Translations under genes and position numbers: made by a program
Shown here: positions 10,195 to 18,733 of the stretch, in pieces
Layout: every line of letters begins with the position of its first letter
Position numbering within the stretch: the first letter of the stretch is position 1
Origin: Bacteroidales bacterium
Lineage (GTDB): Bacteria; Bacteroidota; Bacteroidia; Bacteroidales; UBA12077
DNA length: 64,000 nt
NCBI GenBank assembly: GCA_027859205.1
Contig: JAQIBH010000197.1
Coordinates: 3,717-67,716, forward strand
Direction: 5' to 3'
The notes under the pieces: generated by a model
Seen by the model: only the letters and a program-made list of their open reading frames with translations
The model's database searches: none
What the model was told of the DNA's origin: nothing

Positions 10195-10909
10195 AAAACT
10201 CGAAAGACAGCTTGTCACAATGGATTCAAGCATAGCAGTTGTTGCTAAAATTGAATCGGTTGAAAATGCTGTAAGTTGGTTAAAGGAAAATAGTGCCGAT
10301 CTTATTTTTCTCGATATCCATTTATCCGATGGTTTGTGTTTCCGTATTTTCGATGAAGTAGAAATTAAAACGCCTATAATATTTACAACCGCATATGATC
10401 AATATGCTATACAAGCTTTTAAAGTAAATAGCGTAGATTACTTGCTAAAGCCTATTAATAAATTTGATTTAGCTGCAAGTTACGAAAAGTATAGAGAATT
10501 GCATCAGAAAGAAAATCCCATTGATTATTCTGCTTTAAAGGACATGATTGGTGATATGCGTGAGAAAAAATATCAAAAACGTTTTTTGGTTGTTGAAGGG
10601 GACACGATAAAAACGGTTTTAATTGAAAATATTGCGTATTTTTTTGCAGAAGGCAAGTACGCGTTTCTAGTTGAAAAAAGTGGAGGGAGATTTTTAATTG
10701 ATACTACTTTAGAGCATTTAACTTCTGTTTTAGATCCTGAAGATTTTTTTAGAATTAACCGACAGGTTATAGCTCAATTAGATAGTATTAAGAAAATGAA
10801 TACATGGTTTAGTCGCAGAATTAAACTTGAATTAATACCTACATTCGAAAAAGAAACTATTGTAAGTACCGAAAGGGTTAAAGATTTTAAAGAATGGTTA
10901 AATCAGTGA
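10154..10909 (+). CDS. LytR/AlgR (LytTR) family response regulator
   Basis: Receiver domain (VVIIEDE...LIFLDIHLSDG...KP) plus a C-terminal LytTR DNA-binding domain. The track start at 10145 is TTG. The ATG at 10154 gives MNVVIIEDE. Confidence 0.9.
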   Translation: MNVVIIEDEGFAAEKLERQLVTMDSSIAVVAKIESVENAVSWLKENSADLIFLDIHLSDGLCFRIFDEVEIKTPIIFTTAYDQYAIQAFKVNSVDYLLKPINKFDLAASYEKYRELHQKENPIDYSALKDMIGDMREKKYQKRFLVVEGDTIKTVLIENIAYFFAEGKYAFLVEKSGGRFLIDTTLEHLTSVLDPEDFFRINRQVIAQLDSIKKMNTWFSRRIKLELIPTFEKETIVSTERVKDFKEWLNQ

Positions 10910-10947
10910 AATTTTGATTTTGGGAAACAAAATTAATAAGTCGAACT

Positions 10948-11005
10948 GATCCTGAGCTTGTCGAAGGATCTCATAAGGTTTATATTCCCCACTTCTTGGA
11001 GTGGT
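10948..11005. repeat. single family-A unit plus a second small hairpin
   Basis: GATCCTGAGCTTGTCGAAGGATC (10948-10970) has a GATCCT/AGGATC stem. It is followed by a CCACT-TCTTGG-AGTGG hairpin. Confidence 0.7.
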
Positions 11006-11140
11006 GAGCTTTACCAATAAAAAAGTGTAGCATTTCCTGTTACGATTTTGTTCAATATTGAACTATTGCAATATGAGAATTTGCTTCAATAAAGTTTTTT
11101 TCATAATTTGATCAGAAATTAAACTAAAATTAAACTACTC

Positions 11141-11506
11141 ATGAAAAAAACTAAACGCATTATTATTGCAACCATATTTGGTTTTTTATTCGGTTTTGTC
11201 TGCTTAGCATTCGCTTCAAGCGGTGAGGCAGAATTACCTTATGCAGTAAAGCAACAAATTCTTTTTAGTCGTGCATTGATAGGATTTGCAATAGGAATAA
11301 GTTGTCTAAAATTTCATTGGTCATTGCACGGATTACTTTTAGGAATGTTATTTTCATTACCTCTTGCTTTTAGTGGTTTAATGGCTCCTGAAAATCCGGA
11401 ATTTAGTTCAGTAATGATGTTTGTAAGCACTATTATTTTGGGTATGATTTATGGATTTTTAATTGAATTAATAACATCCTTGCTTTTAAAAGCAAAAGTG
11501 GAATAA
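11141..11506 (+). CDS. small integral membrane protein (about 4 TM), function unknown
   Basis: 121 aa with four hydrophobic segments. No recognisable motif. Confidence 0.5.
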   Translation: MKKTKRIIIATIFGFLFGFVCLAFASSGEAELPYAVKQQILFSRALIGFAIGISCLKFHWSLHGLLLGMLFSLPLAFSGLMAPENPEFSSVMMFVSTIILGMIYGFLIELITSLLLKAKVE

Positions 11507-11528
11507 TATTTATTAAAAAGTAAAAAGA

Positions 11529-11707
11529 GGATGTCCAAAAAGCAAAAATATTTGGAATAGTTCATTTTTTTGACTTTGTGTAACTCTGAGTCTTCCCTGC
11601 CATGCCAGCAGGCTGGTTTGTGAATTCTTTGTGTAACAGCGTTTTAAAACTATATCACAGAGTTACTCAAAGTATTCATAAAGTTACACAAGGACTTTTT
11701 GGACACC
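11529..11707. mobile_element. MITE-like 179-bp nested-hairpin element with 13-bp terminal inverted repeats
   Basis: The TIRs are GGATGTCCAAAAAG (11529-11542) and CTTTTTGGACACC (11695-11707). Inside are two direct (11574, 11627) and two inverted (11662, 11683) copies of CTTTGTGTAAC-like 11-mers, plus a CCAGC-AG-GCTGG hairpin (11605-11616). Confidence 0.65.
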
Positions 11708-11708
11708 T

Positions 11709-12077
11709 TCATTTTTTTATCTTCATTAACTCAATTGGAACACCGTTATGTTTTATCATGGCTACTTTAATTCCTTCCATAGGGCTATTAGGTTCTCCAA
11801 TCAATTCAAAACCCTTAATTGCTTTTTCTAAATCGGGTACTTCAAAAGCGATATGAGGCATGGTTTTTATTATTTCATCCAATGGGCAATCATTTTCAAA
11901 TCGCATTAATTCAATTCCAAACGGACTTGTGTCAAAACCTTTAACATAAAATTTAAGATGTGGTATATATCTTTCTCCAGGGATAGGATCTTTAACGGGT
12001 ACACCCATGTGATGGTATTTCCAGCCCCATTCTTCTGTAGCTAAAGGTAAATTATGTTCTTTTCTATTGTAATCCAT
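11709..12077 (-). CDS. VOC/glyoxalase-fold family protein
   Basis: 122 aa with a beta-alpha-beta-beta-beta style pattern (HHMGVPV...HIAFEVPDLEKAI...IELMK) reminiscent of glyoxalase/bleomycin-resistance fold proteins. Confidence 0.55.
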   Translation of the reverse strand: MDYNRKEHNLPLATEEWGWKYHHMGVPVKDPIPGERYIPHLKFYVKGFDTSPFGIELMRFENDCPLDEIIKTMPHIAFEVPDLEKAIKGFELIGEPNSPMEGIKVAMIKHNGVPIELMKIKK

Positions 12078-12192
12078 ATTTAAATCTATAATTTATAAAA
12101 TTAATAAGTTTCACGAGATTATGTTAAAAAAATATCTTAATTATTGACAATGGGTACTTCAATTCATAACTTGTATTAATTACAATTATGAT

Positions 12193-13353
12193 ATGAAAAA
12201 GATCAATAAAAATTTATTAATTATTTTAATATTATTTCAATCAATTATATTTTCAAATACAAATATTTTTGCGCAAAAAGCTATTGTAGTGCATAATGAT
12301 GTGGGTGCTTTTATTGATTCTGTAGAAGTTTTTAAGTACTTATTATTTATTGATTATTCATTTGACGAAATTAAAGGGGCACAAGTATTTAAAAATCCCG
12401 ATGATTCTTACAAATTATTAATTTATTTAGGACATGGTAATGTAATTGAAAAGCAAATTGATAAAGAAAATGTTAATCAGATTTCAGAGAGGATAAAGCT
12501 TATTGAAAATCATTTTATTAAAGATGATACTACAGAATATTCAATACAATTATTTAATGGTTCATTATTTAATGGAAAAATTAGTTCATTTAGTAATAAT
12601 AAAATAGAATTTTATTCTTCAAGCGTGGGATCAATAGGTATCGCTACAAAAGATGTTATACGAGTAAATAAATATGATTCCGTAAAAGCAAAAAGTTTTG
12701 TTCTTGGAGAAAATCCCCATTCATCAAGATATTTTTATGCTCCATCTGCAATACCTTTAGATAAAGGTGAGGGATATTTTCAAGACATATATCTTCTATT
12801 TATTTCAGGGAACTATGCTATTTCTGACCATACAACATTAGGCGCAGGATTTTCAATTATTCCTGGTATTGATGTAGGTGAGCAAGCTTTTTTTGTAAAT
12901 GCAAAGGTAGCGTATCAAATAACAGAAAAGTTTTATTTAGGTGGTGGAGGATTGTATTTTGGTATTGGAGATTTGGGTGGTAGTATAGGGATAGGTTATG
13001 CTGTTGGAACTTATGGAAGTAAAGACCATAACGTTACCTTTGGAGCTGGTTATGGATATTCAGGTAATGCTTTAATGGAAACCCCAGTTTTTACATTATG
13101 TGGAATGACTCGTATCTCAAAGCGTATATCATTAATGACTGAAAACTGGTTAGGTACTGTTTCTTATGAAGAAGGAATTCCTCCCGACTATGTTGATACA
13201 AGAACTATTCGCGAATTCCAAACCTTGATTTCTTATGGATTACGATTCTTTGGTGATAAGCTAAGTGTCGATCTGGCTTTTATGAATGTTCCAACAACAG
13301 GAGAGTTCTTATTCCCTGGTATTCCTTACATAGATTTTGTGGTGCGATTTTAA
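12193..13353 (+). CDS. secreted hypothetical protein with a C-terminal Gly/aromatic-rich beta-barrel-like region
   Basis: Signal peptide. The C-terminal half has alternating Gly/aromatic strands and ends in ...IDFVVRF, an aromatic terminus typical of OM barrels. Confidence 0.55.
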   Translation: MKKINKNLLIILILFQSIIFSNTNIFAQKAIVVHNDVGAFIDSVEVFKYLLFIDYSFDEIKGAQVFKNPDDSYKLLIYLGHGNVIEKQIDKENVNQISERIKLIENHFIKDDTTEYSIQLFNGSLFNGKISSFSNNKIEFYSSSVGSIGIATKDVIRVNKYDSVKAKSFVLGENPHSSRYFYAPSAIPLDKGEGYFQDIYLLFISGNYAISDHTTLGAGFSIIPGIDVGEQAFFVNAKVAYQITEKFYLGGGGLYFGIGDLGGSIGIGYAVGTYGSKDHNVTFGAGYGYSGNALMETPVFTLCGMTRISKRISLMTENWLGTVSYEEGIPPDYVDTRTIREFQTLISYGLRFFGDKLSVDLAFMNVPTTGEFLFPGIPYIDFVVRF

Positions 13354-13450
13354 TAATTGATTTTATATTTAAATTGACATTAGTTACTTTTTGTAATAAC
13401 TTTATATATTCCATATTTATAACAAGTTTAAATTAAAAATAGGAGGTATC

Positions 13451-13660
13451 ATGCCAGAAACAGTTTACAAAATTATCGAATTAGTCGGAACAAGTACAGA
13501 ATCTTGGGAAAAAGCTGCCTCAAATGCGGTTGCCAAAGCGGCAGAAAGTCTAAGAGATCTTCGTATTGCGGAAATATCTGATTTAGATATGCAAATAAAA
13601 GATGGCAAGGTTGAAGCTTACAGGGCAAAAGTTAAAGTTTCTTTTAAATTTGATACTTAA
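13451..13660 (+). CDS. dodecin-family flavin-binding protein
   Basis: 69 aa. MPETVYKIIELVGTSTESWEKAA...YRAKVKVSFKF closely follows the dodecin pattern (VYKxxELVGTSxES...). It is preceded by AGGAGG. Confidence 0.85.
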   Translation: MPETVYKIIELVGTSTESWEKAASNAVAKAAESLRDLRIAEISDLDMQIKDGKVEAYRAKVKVSFKFDT

Positions 13661-13686
13661 AACTAATGAACTTTTTTAAATTATTA

Positions 13687-13712
13687 ATCAGGCTTTAGTG
13701 CCTGATTTTTTT
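13687..13712 (+). terminator. intrinsic terminator after the dodecin gene
   Basis: ATCAGGC-TTTAGT-GCCTGAT followed by a T-run. Confidence 0.7.
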
Positions 13713-14088
13713 ATTAATTAGCAATTAATCTTTTTATTACAATTATTCAGAAAGGATTGAAGATTCTAATAAGAATGTAATTAAATTTGAAAAGAAAGAT
13801 ATTTAATAAAAGTATTTTTCCATTGAAAGAATAAATCCATTTGAAGTGGGTTGTACTGCAATCTAACAAATGTAAATACAAGATACCTAACTACCAAATA
13901 TATGACTAATGTCATGTCTTTGGTATTTAGACAATTAAGCCGTGTAAAAACTTGATTAACAGCTATATTGTTTTTATCTTGTACCGTTGGTTTAAGAAAT
14001 GTTAGGAAATTATTTTATATGTTAAATAACAATACTTTATAGCATATATTTTAGTTTGAAATAATTAGTCTGTTACTTCTATTATAAA

Positions 14089-14096
14089 TACTTTTG
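14089..14096 (+). promoter_or_regulatory. candidate Bacteroidota -7 promoter element (TAnnTTTG) for the mce-mmd operon
   Basis: TACTTTTG lies 20 nt upstream of the mce ATG. No clear -33 TTTG is present at the canonical spacing. Confidence 0.3.
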
Positions 14097-14115
14097 CCAA
14101 AAATAACTCATACTT

Positions 14116-14526
14116 ATGAAACCTTCACATATAGAACACATTGGAATTGCAGTAAAAAATCTTGATGAATCAATTAAATATTACCAGGACGTTTTGGGTC
14201 TGGAGTGTTATAATATTGAAGAAGTTAAAGATCAAAAAGTAAAAACAGCTTTTTTTAAAGTTGGTGAAACTAAAATTGAACTATTGGAATCAACAGATCC
14301 GGAAGGACCAATTGGTAAATTCATTGAGAAAAAAGGCGAAGGAATACATCACATAGCTTTTGCGGTTGATAAAATTGAGGAAAAGTTAAAGCATGCCGAA
14401 GATAAAGGTGTAAGATTAGTTGATTCTGTTCCTCGAAAAGGTGCTGAAGGATTAGATATTGCATTTTTACATCCAAAATCTACATTTGGTGTACTTACTG
14501 AATTATGTGAAGATAAAAACAAATAA
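14116..14526 (+). CDS. mce: methylmalonyl-CoA epimerase
   Basis: 136 aa VOC-fold protein ([24 protein letters not shown]...[11 protein letters not shown]) heading a methylmalonyl-CoA decarboxylase operon. Confidence 0.9.
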   Translation: MKPSHIEHIGIAVKNLDESIKYYQDVLGLECYNIEEVKDQKVKTAFFKVGETKIELLESTDPEGPIGKFIEKKGEGIHHIAFAVDKIEEKLKHAEDKGVRLVDSVPRKGAEGLDIAFLHPKSTFGVLTELCEDKNK

Positions 14527-14556
14527 TACAAAGCAAAATAATTTCTTATTTATAAA

Positions 14557-16116
14557 ATGAGCAAACAAGATAAAATTAAGCATTTAATTGATTTAAGAAC
14601 CGAAGCTAAACTTGGTGGAGGTGCAAAAAAAATTGAATCGCAGCACAAAAAGGGCAAAATGACTGCTCGTGAACGTATCGAAATTCTTTTAGACGAGGGT
14701 AGTTTTGAAGAGTATGACATGTTTGTAACACATCGGTGTACCAATTTTGGTATGGACAAGAAAAAGGTTCTTGGCGATGGTGTTGTAACTGGGGCTGGTA
14801 CTATTGATGGAAGGGTTGTTTTTGTTTACGCCCAAGATTTTACAGTATTTGGTGGTTCACTTTCAGAACCATACGCAAAGAAAATTTGCAAGGTTATGGA
14901 TATGGCAATGAAAGTAGGCGCGCCTATTATTGGTATTAATGATAGCGGTGGTGCACGTATTCAAGAAGGTGTTACAAGTTTGGCCGGTTATGCGGATATT
15001 TTCCAGCGTAACATTATGGCATCTGGTGTTGTTCCTCAAATATCAGCTATTTTTGGTCCTTGTGCTGGTGGTGCAGTTTATTCTCCCGCTTTAACAGATT
15101 TTGTAATGATGACTGAAAATACCAGTTATATGTTTGTTACAGGTCCTAAAGTTGTAAAAACAGTAACAGGTGAAGATATTACAACGGAAGATCTGGGTGG
15201 TGCAAATGTTCATGCTTCAAAATCTGGTGTTTCACATTTTCTTTTAGAAGATGAAGAAGAGGGTTTAATGTTAATAAGAAAACTCCTAAGTTACCTCCCT
15301 CAAAATAATTTGGAAGAACCACCCGTAATCGAATGCAATGATCCTATTGATCGTCTTGACGATACTTTAAATGAAATTATTCCGGAAAATCCAAATCAAC
15401 CATATGATATAAAGGATATTATTTATTCCTTGGTTGATCATAATGAATTTCTTGAAGTACATAGAAATTATGCTAAAAATATTGTAGTTGGATTTGCCAA
15501 ATTTGACGGTATGTCTGTTGGAATTGTGGCTAATCAGCCAAGTTTTTTAGCCGGTGTTTTAGATATAAATGCTTCAAGAAAAGCTGCTCGCTTTGTTCGT
15601 TTTTGCGATGCATTTAATGTTCCTATCTTAACACTAGTTGATGTACCCGGATTTCTTCCGGGAAGTAGTCAGGAGTATGGTGGTATTATTACGCACGGTG
15701 CGAAATTGATGTTTGCCTACGGAGAAGCAACTGTCCCAAAAGTTACTATTTCTTTAAGAAAATCATATGGTGGTGCACACGATGTAATGAGCTCGAAACA
15801 ATTAAGAGGTGATTTAAATTATGCTTGGCCATCTGCTGAAATAGCTGTTATGGGTGCACAAGGTGCTGTTGAAGTTCTTTATGGAAGAGAATTAAAAGAA
15901 ATTGAGGATCCTCAAAAACGGGCTGAATTTGTTGCTGAAAAAGAATCGGATTATAAAGAAAAATTTGCTAATCCGTATCAGGCGGCAAGTTTGGGATATA
16001 TCGATGATGTGATTGAACCTAGGAATTCAAGATTTAGAATTATTCGGGCATTTGAAATGCTTCAAACGAAAAAAGATTCAAATCCTCCTAAGAAACACTC
16101 AAATATTCCATTATAA
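14557..16116 (+). CDS. mmdA: methylmalonyl-CoA decarboxylase alpha subunit (acyl-CoA carboxyltransferase, 12S type)
   Basis: 519 aa carboxyl-transferase domain ([20 protein letters not shown]..., [19 protein letters not shown]). Operon context includes OadG-like, biotin carrier and Na+-pump beta subunits. Confidence 0.9.
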   Translation: MSKQDKIKHLIDLRTEAKLGGGAKKIESQHKKGKMTARERIEILLDEGSFEEYDMFVTHRCTNFGMDKKKVLGDGVVTGAGTIDGRVVFVYAQDFTVFGGSLSEPYAKKICKVMDMAMKVGAPIIGINDSGGARIQEGVTSLAGYADIFQRNIMASGVVPQISAIFGPCAGGAVYSPALTDFVMMTENTSYMFVTGPKVVKTVTGEDITTEDLGGANVHASKSGVSHFLLEDEEEGLMLIRKLLSYLPQNNLEEPPVIECNDPIDRLDDTLNEIIPENPNQPYDIKDIIYSLVDHNEFLEVHRNYAKNIVVGFAKFDGMSVGIVANQPSFLAGVLDINASRKAARFVRFCDAFNVPILTLVDVPGFLPGSSQEYGGIITHGAKLMFAYGEATVPKVTISLRKSYGGAHDVMSSKQLRGDLNYAWPSAEIAVMGAQGAVEVLYGRELKEIEDPQKRAEFVAEKESDYKEKFANPYQAASLGYIDDVIEPRNSRFRIIRAFEMLQTKKDSNPPKKHSNIPL

Positions 16117-16118
16117 AA

Positions 16119-16502
16119 ATGATTAATATGATATCAATTATAGGTGATATAGGAATAAATTTCTCGGCTGCTTCAGGATCTGGAGTTACTGTTGCATTAG
16201 TTGGATGGTTAATTGTTTTTACTGCATTATTGCTATTGGTAGTTGTTTTTACTCAGGTACCAAAATTAATTTATTACAATTCACGAAAACAACTTAAACA
16301 AAAAACAAAACAAGCAACTGTAACTAATGATGATTTTCATATAGCAGGTGATGTTAGTGCAGCAATCTCTACTGCTCTGTATTTATTTTTTGATGAGATG
16401 CACGATGAAGAAAGTAATGTAATAACTATTAAACATGTGAGAAAAGATTATTCTCCATGGAGTTCAAAAATATATGGATTAAGGGTTTGGCCAAGAAAAT
16501 AA
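16119..16502 (+). CDS. mmdD: OadG-family small subunit of the Na+-translocating decarboxylase
   Basis: 127 aa with a single N-terminal TM helix. Position between the alpha and biotin-carrier genes supports the call. Confidence 0.65.
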   Translation: MINMISIIGDIGINFSAASGSGVTVALVGWLIVFTALLLLVVVFTQVPKLIYYNSRKQLKQKTKQATVTNDDFHIAGDVSAAISTALYLFFDEMHDEESNVITIKHVRKDYSPWSSKIYGLRVWPRK

Positions 16503-16512
16503 CAAATATAAA

Positions 16513-16941
16513 ATGAAGAAATTTAAATTTACTATAAGAGGTAACGAGTACGAAGTTGAAATTAAGGATGTCGAAGGAGATATTGCAACAATTGATGTAA
16601 ACGGTACCAACTACGAAGTAGAAATTCAGCAGGAGAAGGTAAAATCCACTAAAACACCAACTCTTGTTCGTCCTAGTGTCCCGGTTGACAGAAAAGACAG
16701 TAAAATTAAAAAGTCAGTAAGTAGCAGAGCGTATAAATTAAATGCTCCTCTTCCAGGAAGTATATTTAAGATTCTTAAACAGGAAGGCGACGAAGTTAAA
16801 AAAGGTGAAACTATTTTGATTATGGAAGCCATGAAAATGGAAAACAATATTCAGTCTGAAAAATCAGGAACAATTGTTAGCATGAAAGTTAAAGAAGGTG
16901 ATACGGTACTTCAGAATGACGTTTTAGCAGAAATAGAATAG
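16513..16941 (+). CDS. mmdC: biotin carboxyl carrier subunit of the decarboxylase
   Basis: The C-terminal biotinyl domain carries the biotinylation motif EAMKMEN. Confidence 0.85.
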   Translation: MKKFKFTIRGNEYEVEIKDVEGDIATIDVNGTNYEVEIQQEKVKSTKTPTLVRPSVPVDRKDSKIKKSVSSRAYKLNAPLPGSIFKILKQEGDEVKKGETILIMEAMKMENNIQSEKSGTIVSMKVKEGDTVLQNDVLAEIE

Positions 16942-16946
16942 ACATT

Positions 16947-18464
16947 ATGAAGAAAATAAATATAATGAAAAGGCTCAGTCTGATTATTTTTATAATTGTT
17001 CTTTTTGGGAATTCTTCTTTTGCTAATTCCAATGATGATTATAGTAATTTAACTAAAGGTAAATGGCTAAATAAATCTGATGGTTATAAGCTTAATGCAA
17101 AATCGGATAAAACAGTTGAACGATTTAAAACAATTACTTTTAATGTTGATCAAACTTTTGTATTAGACTCTGTTAAGTTTAAATATACCGGCGAATGGAA
17201 TATTATTTGCAATAATATATATCTTGAGTTTAATAATTTAGATCTTAAAACTAAGATAGCCGTATTAGAGAACGATGAATTAATTATTGGAAAAGATTCA
17301 TATAAATCCTATTCGGGAGCATTTGCTGGCTTAGTTAATTTTTATGAGTTTACGGGAGTCCCAAACGCTACTCCGGGTCATTTAATAATGGTTTTTATTG
17401 GAATATTTTTCATATTTCTTGCCATTAAATATAACTATGAACCATTATTATTAATTCCAATCGGTTTTGGTATTATCATTGGGAATATCCCATTTTTTCA
17501 AGCAGAGGGATTTAACCTACAGTTAGGTATTTACGAAGAGGGAAGTGTGATGAGTTATTTATATTTTGGTGTACGTCAAGGTATTTATCCTCCTTTAATT
17601 TTTCTTGGAATTGGAGCAATGACAGATTTCTCATCTTTAATTTCAAACCCTAAATTAATGATTCTTGGAGCAGCTGCTCAGATAGGTATATTCTTAACAT
17701 TTTTAGGAGCTTTAGTATTAGGATTTGGCCCTGCCGAAGCTGGCGCTATTGGTATCATTGGTGGCGCCGATGGTCCAACAGCGATATTCTTATCATCAAA
17801 ACTTGCACCACATTTAATTGGACCAATTGCAATTGCTGCCTATTCATATATGGCTTTAGTTCCAATTATTCAGCCTCCTTTTATGAAATTACTCACAACT
17901 AAAAAGGAGCGATTAATAAGAATGAAACCACCACGCTCGGTTTCAAAACTTGAAAAAATAATGTTTCCAATTGTTGGTTTATTACTTACTGCATATATTT
18001 CTCCAAGTGCATTACCACTATTGGGTATGTTATTCTTTGGCAACCTGTTGAAAGAATCAACTGTAACAAAACGATTAGCCGACACTGCAAGAACATCACT
18101 TATCGATATTGTAACTATTTTGTTAGGAATTACTGTTGGTGCATCAACACAAGCAGATGTATTTTTAACATCACAGTCAATGTGGATATTTGGATTAGGA
18201 GCTTTATCTTTTATTATTGCTACATGTGGTGGTTTACTATTTGCAAAATTGATGAATGTATTTTTAATAGGCGATAATAAAATTAATCCTTTAATTGGCG
18301 CTGCGGGGGTATCTGCGGTTCCCGATAGTGCTCGTGTGGTTCAGCACGAAGGATTAAAAGCTGATCCAACAAACCATTTGTTAATGCACGCCATGGCACC
18401 TAATGTTTCCGGAGTTATTGGTTCTGCAGTAGCTGCGGGTATTTTATTAAGTTTTTTAATGTAA
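16947..18464 (+). CDS. mmdB: Na+-translocating decarboxylase beta subunit (OadB/MmdB family) with an extra N-terminal signal/TM plus about 100-aa domain
   Basis: From about residue 122 the sequence matches OadB/MmdB (EPLLLIPIGFG, GIIGGADGPTAI, AAYSYMALVPIIQPP, NPLIGAAGVSAVP). Residues 1-120 have no OadB counterpart. Confidence 0.9.
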   Translation: MKKINIMKRLSLIIFIIVLFGNSSFANSNDDYSNLTKGKWLNKSDGYKLNAKSDKTVERFKTITFNVDQTFVLDSVKFKYTGEWNIICNNIYLEFNNLDLKTKIAVLENDELIIGKDSYKSYSGAFAGLVNFYEFTGVPNATPGHLIMVFIGIFFIFLAIKYNYEPLLLIPIGFGIIIGNIPFFQAEGFNLQLGIYEEGSVMSYLYFGVRQGIYPPLIFLGIGAMTDFSSLISNPKLMILGAAAQIGIFLTFLGALVLGFGPAEAGAIGIIGGADGPTAIFLSSKLAPHLIGPIAIAAYSYMALVPIIQPPFMKLLTTKKERLIRMKPPRSVSKLEKIMFPIVGLLLTAYISPSALPLLGMLFFGNLLKESTVTKRLADTARTSLIDIVTILLGITVGASTQADVFLTSQSMWIFGLGALSFIIATCGGLLFAKLMNVFLIGDNKINPLIGAAGVSAVPDSARVVQHEGLKADPTNHLLMHAMAPNVSGVIGSAVAAGILLSFLM

Positions 18465-18519
18465 AAAAATATTCTTTTGAATTGGGGTCAGTTTTACCGG
18501 CTCTATTGTTATAAAATAT

Positions 18520-18609
18520 AAGGATAAAGCCTTTTATAATTAGTGTTTAAATAACCCTGGCCTTAAGGCCGGGGTTATAAATAAATTGAAGGTAAAGGAC
18601 TTTAGTCCT
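18520..18609. repeat. three-hairpin composite palindromic element (family B), copy 1
   Basis: AAGG-ATAAAG-CCTT, then ATAACCCTGGCCTTAAGGCCGGGGTTAT (18551-18578), then AGGAC-TTTA-GTCCT (18596-18609). Confidence 0.8.
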
Positions 18610-18690
18610 AATTTTGATTTAAATAAATGTCATGCAAAATAAATTGTTGTCTAAATTATAAACTAAGCTTTAAAAACAACAAACGATTAT

Positions 18691-18698
18691 TATATTTG
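18691..18698 (+). promoter_or_regulatory. candidate -7 promoter element (TAnnTTTG) for citDE-citF
   Basis: TATATTTG lies 36 nt upstream of the citDE ATG. Confidence 0.3.
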
Positions 18699-18733
18699 TA
18701 TTCATATTTAATCACGATAAAAATTAAATACTA

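Noticed and set aside
11602-11856. 84-aa + strand ORF
   Set aside because: It starts inside the MITE-like repeat and continues antisense into the VOC-family gene. It is an artefact of the repeat.
13661-14115. Cobalamin riboswitch upstream of the methylmalonyl pathway operon
   Set aside because: No B12-box-like GCCACTG core or the surrounding conserved helices were visible. The operon also lacks the B12-dependent mutase.
14349-14759. Minus-strand ORFs 14349..14531 and 14550..14759
   Set aside because: They are antisense to mce and mmdA.
16947-18464. Reading the long mmdB ORF as two separate genes (a secreted protein plus a normal MmdB)
   Set aside because: The frame is continuous, and I found no in-frame ATG, GTG or TTG just before the conserved OadB-like segment that begins at about residue 122. 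The only internal ATG (17388) would remove conserved residues. It is kept as a fusion and flagged for verification.
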